From an uncultured Verrucomicrobiaceae bacterium (GTDB taxonomy: Bacteria; Verrucomicrobiota; Verrucomicrobiia; Verrucomicrobiales; Verrucomicrobiaceae): 64,000 nt of DNA. The stretch is from positions 399 to 64,398 of the forward strand of contig CAZKMS010000008.1 of the NCBI GenBank assembly GCA_964553805.1, given 5' to 3'. Numbering within the stretch: the stretch's first letter is position 1; every line of letters begins with the position of its first letter. A program made the position numbers and the translations under genes. The notes below the pieces were generated by a model, which was not told the DNA's origin, did not search any database, and was given only the letters and a program-made list of their open reading frames with translations. Below, piece after piece: positions 61,477-64,000 of this stretch.

Positions 61477-62796
61477 ATGCGACTGCCATTATTCCATTTC
61501 GCCGCCAGCCTAGCCGCCGCCTTTCCGTCCCACGCGGAAGCCAGAGCAGCTCCCAACATCCTGTTCATCCTGGCCGACGATCTGGGCTATGGCGACCTCG
61601 GCTGCTATGGCTGTCCAGACATCAAAACACCCCGCCTTGACGCCTTGGCCGCGGACGGCGTACGATTCACGAACTTTTACGCCAACGATGCTGTTTGCTC
61701 GCCGACACGCGCCGCCTTTCTGACCGGACGCTGGCAGCAGCGCATCGGCATGGACAACGCGCTGGTTTATCAGGAGAAGGGCGCCGGGCTTCCAGAGAAC
61801 GGCCTCACCCTGGCGGACGCGTTGCGCTCCGCGGGTTACGTGACGGGATTGTCGGGCAAATGGCATCTCGGTTATGACTTCGAGCGGCGGCCTTGTCAGC
61901 AGGGGTTTGATCACTTTTTCGGTCTGCTGGGCGGCAATCACCATTACTTCGAGCACATGGATCGTATCGGCACCCCGGATCTCTGGCGCGACAACGAAGC
62001 CATCGAGAAAGCGGGCTACACCACCGACCTGATCACAGAGGATGCGCTCACCTTTCTGGAAAAGCATCGCGAGGAGCGCTTTTTCCTTTATCTCTCGCAT
62101 GCCGCCCCGCATTTCCCGTGGCAGGGGCCGGAAGACGCCGGCAAACTTGTGCGGCCTAAAACAGCGAGTTGGCAGCAGGGCGATCGCGCCACTTACGCAG
62201 CCATGGTTGAGCGCATGGATCAGGGCATCGGCGCGGTGCTCGACAAACTGGACGAGTTCAACCTGCGTCAGAACACCTTGGTGGTGTTCTCGTCCGACAA
62301 CGGCGGCCACACCTGGTCGCGCAATCTTCCACTGCGCGATTTCAAAAGCAGCCTCTGGGAAGGTGGCATCCGTGTTCCCTGCCTGGTGCGCTGGCCCGGC
62401 GTGATATCGGCGGGAGCCACCACTTCGCAGGTGGCCATCACCCTGGATTGGACGACCACCTTTCGACGGCTGGCCGGACTGCCCGAAGATCCGGCATTGG
62501 AGGATGGCATCGACCTGTTGCCATTGTTGACAGGGACGGCGAGCCCGCAAGAGCGCACCTTGTACTGGCGGCATCGCAAGTCCCCCGGCCGCCAAACCGT
62601 GGTCGAAGGCCGCGCCGTCCGCCAGGGCCATTGGAAGCTCATCGAGTTCAGTGAGGGGGAGCGTCACCTTTTCCATCTGAGTGACGACCCCGGCGAAACG
62701 CAGGACCGAATCAAGTCGGAAACGCAACGGGCAGACGACCTGGCCAAATGCCTGGACGCCTGGGAGAAAGAAGTCAGCCCACCGCCGGCGTCGTGA
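61477..62796 (+). CDS. arylsulfatase-family sulfatase, secreted
   Basis: Signal MRLPLFHFAASLAAAFPSHAEA. NILFILADDLGYGDLGCYG...CSPTRAAFLTGR (C-x-P-x-R)...GKWHLG. Confidence 0.9.
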   Translation: MRLPLFHFAASLAAAFPSHAEARAAPNILFILADDLGYGDLGCYGCPDIKTPRLDALAADGVRFTNFYANDAVCSPTRAAFLTGRWQQRIGMDNALVYQEKGAGLPENGLTLADALRSAGYVTGLSGKWHLGYDFERRPCQQGFDHFFGLLGGNHHYFEHMDRIGTPDLWRDNEAIEKAGYTTDLITEDALTFLEKHREERFFLYLSHAAPHFPWQGPEDAGKLVRPKTASWQQGDRATYAAMVERMDQGIGAVLDKLDEFNLRQNTLVVFSSDNGGHTWSRNLPLRDFKSSLWEGGIRVPCLVRWPGVISAGATTSQVAITLDWTTTFRRLAGLPEDPALEDGIDLLPLLTGTASPQERTLYWRHRKSPGRQTVVEGRAVRQGHWKLIEFSEGERHLFHLSDDPGETQDRIKSETQRADDLAKCLDAWEKEVSPPPAS

Positions 62797-62811
62797 AAAA
62801 GCAGACGCGCC

Positions 62812-63999
62812 TCAACGTGCCAGCAAAGTCTGTGCACGGTAAACCACGCGTGTCACCAAGCCTTTCAGAGTCTGATTCAAGAACGGCGTGTTTTGGCTCT
62901 TTGAGCGCATGAACTCGCGGATGAAAATGCTGCTTTTCTTTGGATCGAAGAGAACGAACTCAGCCGCGTTGCCTTCTGTAATTTCGGCATCCGGCAGTTT
63001 GAGCAAACGGCGCGGCTCATTGGCGAAGCGTTTGACCAGCAAGTCCCAGCCGAACACGCCCGTGGCAACGAAGTGGTGGAACATCGACGGCAGCGCGGTT
63101 TCCAAGCCCGTGACACCAAAAGGCGCGCTGGCAAAATCCTGGTTCTTCTCAAACTCGGTGTGCGGTGCGTGGTCGGTGGCAATCACGTCAAACACGCCAT
63201 CAATCAACGCCTGCAACAGCGCTGCGTTGTCCTCCGCGGTGCGCAACGGCGGGTTCATTTTGTAGTGCGTGTCGTAGTCGCCAATGTGACTGTGATTGAA
63301 AATGAGATGGTGCGGCGCCACCTCGCAGGTGACCTGGATGCCGCGCTCCTTGGCGCGCCGAATGGTTTCCATTCCCCTGGCCGTGGAAACATGCTGAATG
63401 TGGAGGCGCACCCCAACGTATTCGGCGATGCGAATGTCCCGGGCGATGCAGATTTCCTCGCTGATGGCCGGAATGCCCTGCAGCCCGAGGCTGTAGGAGA
63501 CGCTGCCTTCATGCATGCTGCCCTTGCCTGAAAGCTCCTTGACCTCGCAGTGACTGGCCAGCGGCAGGTCAAATTGTTTGGCGTACTCCATGGCACGGCG
63601 CAGCACCTGCGGATTGGAGACAGAATCGCCGTCATCCGTCAGATAAACCGCGCCGCGCGCTTTCATTCCGGCAATCCCCGCCAGTTCCTCGCCCTTGCGT
63701 CCTTTGGTGATGGCCCCGGCAACGAAGACGGAAGGCCAAATGGCGGATTTCTCGCGCGCGATGTCGAGCACGTTCTGGACCGCGCCACCACTGTCGATGG
63801 CGGGCAACGTGTTGGGTTGCAGGACCAAGCCGGTGACGCCGCCATTGATCGCAGCTTCCGAGCAAGTCCGAATGGTCTCTTTGTCTTCGCGCCCAGGCTC
63901 GCGGGCGTGCACGTGAACATCAAAGAGCGAGGGCAGCAGGATCTGCCCGCTGCAATCGATCACCTCCGCATTGGATACACCTTCAATCCGCTCCGCCAC
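62812..63999 (-). CDS. pyrC: dihydroorotase (5' end lies beyond the window edge)
   Basis: LLPSLFDVHVHAREPGRED...HIQHVST...VTCEVAPHHL...ATDHAPH are canonical DHOase metal ligands. The frame stays open to the window end, so the gene is partial. Confidence 0.85.
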   Translation of the reverse strand: MAERIEGVSNAEVIDCSGQILLPSLFDVHVHAREPGREDKETIRTCSEAAINGGVTGLVLQPNTLPAIDSGGAVQNVLDIAREKSAIWPSVFVAGAITKGRKGEELAGIAGMKARGAVYLTDDGDSVSNPQVLRRAMEYAKQFDLPLASHCEVKELSGKGSMHEGSVSYSLGLQGIPAISEEICIARDIRIAEYVGVRLHIQHVSTARGMETIRRAKERGIQVTCEVAPHHLIFNHSHIGDYDTHYKMNPPLRTAEDNAALLQALIDGVFDVIATDHAPHTEFEKNQDFASAPFGVTGLETALPSMFHHFVATGVFGWDLLVKRFANEPRRLLKLPDAEITEGNAAEFVLFDPKKSSIFIREFMRSKSQNTPFLNQTLKGLVTRVVYRAQTLLAR

Positions 64000-64000
64000 T

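Noticed and set aside
1-64000. A scan of the whole window for CRISPR arrays, rRNA genes, transposases/IS ends, prophage structural genes, toxin-antitoxin pairs and known defence-system signatures.
   Set aside because: I found no spaced direct-repeat arrays, no rRNA-like sequence, and no DDE, serine-recombinase or other transposase-like translations. Outside 54180-59695 I found no capsid, terminase or defence-type domain combinations. This was done by eye only, so short or degenerate elements could have been missed.

Overview
High-GC chromosomal window that looks like a Verrucomicrobiota/PVC genome. The basis is family content: a Minf_1886-like protein, giant PVC-type 'membrane-bound dehydrogenase / CxxCH heme-binding' proteins, PmoA/DUF6807-like proteins, sulfatases and bactofilins. 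I call about 45 protein genes and two tRNA-Ala genes. I saw no rRNA, CRISPR array, IS element or transposase. Most of the window is densely packed housekeeping and catabolic DNA with many 4-nt ATGA/GTGA start-stop overlaps. Housekeeping genes include folB, pdxJ, acpS, nadA, uvrC, glgA-like and pyrC. The long antisense 'shadow' ORFs in the six-frame track are typical of high-GC DNA and are not called. The one clearly accessory segment is 54180-59695. This is a 5.5-kb remnant of an integrative element inserted at tRNA-Ala(GGC). It is bounded by a perfect 13-bp direct repeat of the tRNA 3' end. It carries reiterated arm-type-like motifs, the first ~58 codons of a tyrosine-integrase-like gene, and two large minus-strand ORFs. 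Those ORFs have the modular look of phage/ICE 'polyvalent' effector proteins: pyrophosphatase-like, ComF-like PRTase, SH3-like modules, kinase-like domain and a truncated Hint domain. Other points worth a second look: a 111-nt block of four GC-rich hairpin units inserted in frame in a 1328-aa dehydrogenase gene; two copies of a nested-hairpin element bracketing a solute symporter gene; and a HAD-Nudix fusion gene translationally coupled to folB at the end of a circularly-permuted-ATP-grasp / alpha-E / transglutaminase operon. All family assignments come from reading the translations and recalling motifs. No database search was run.
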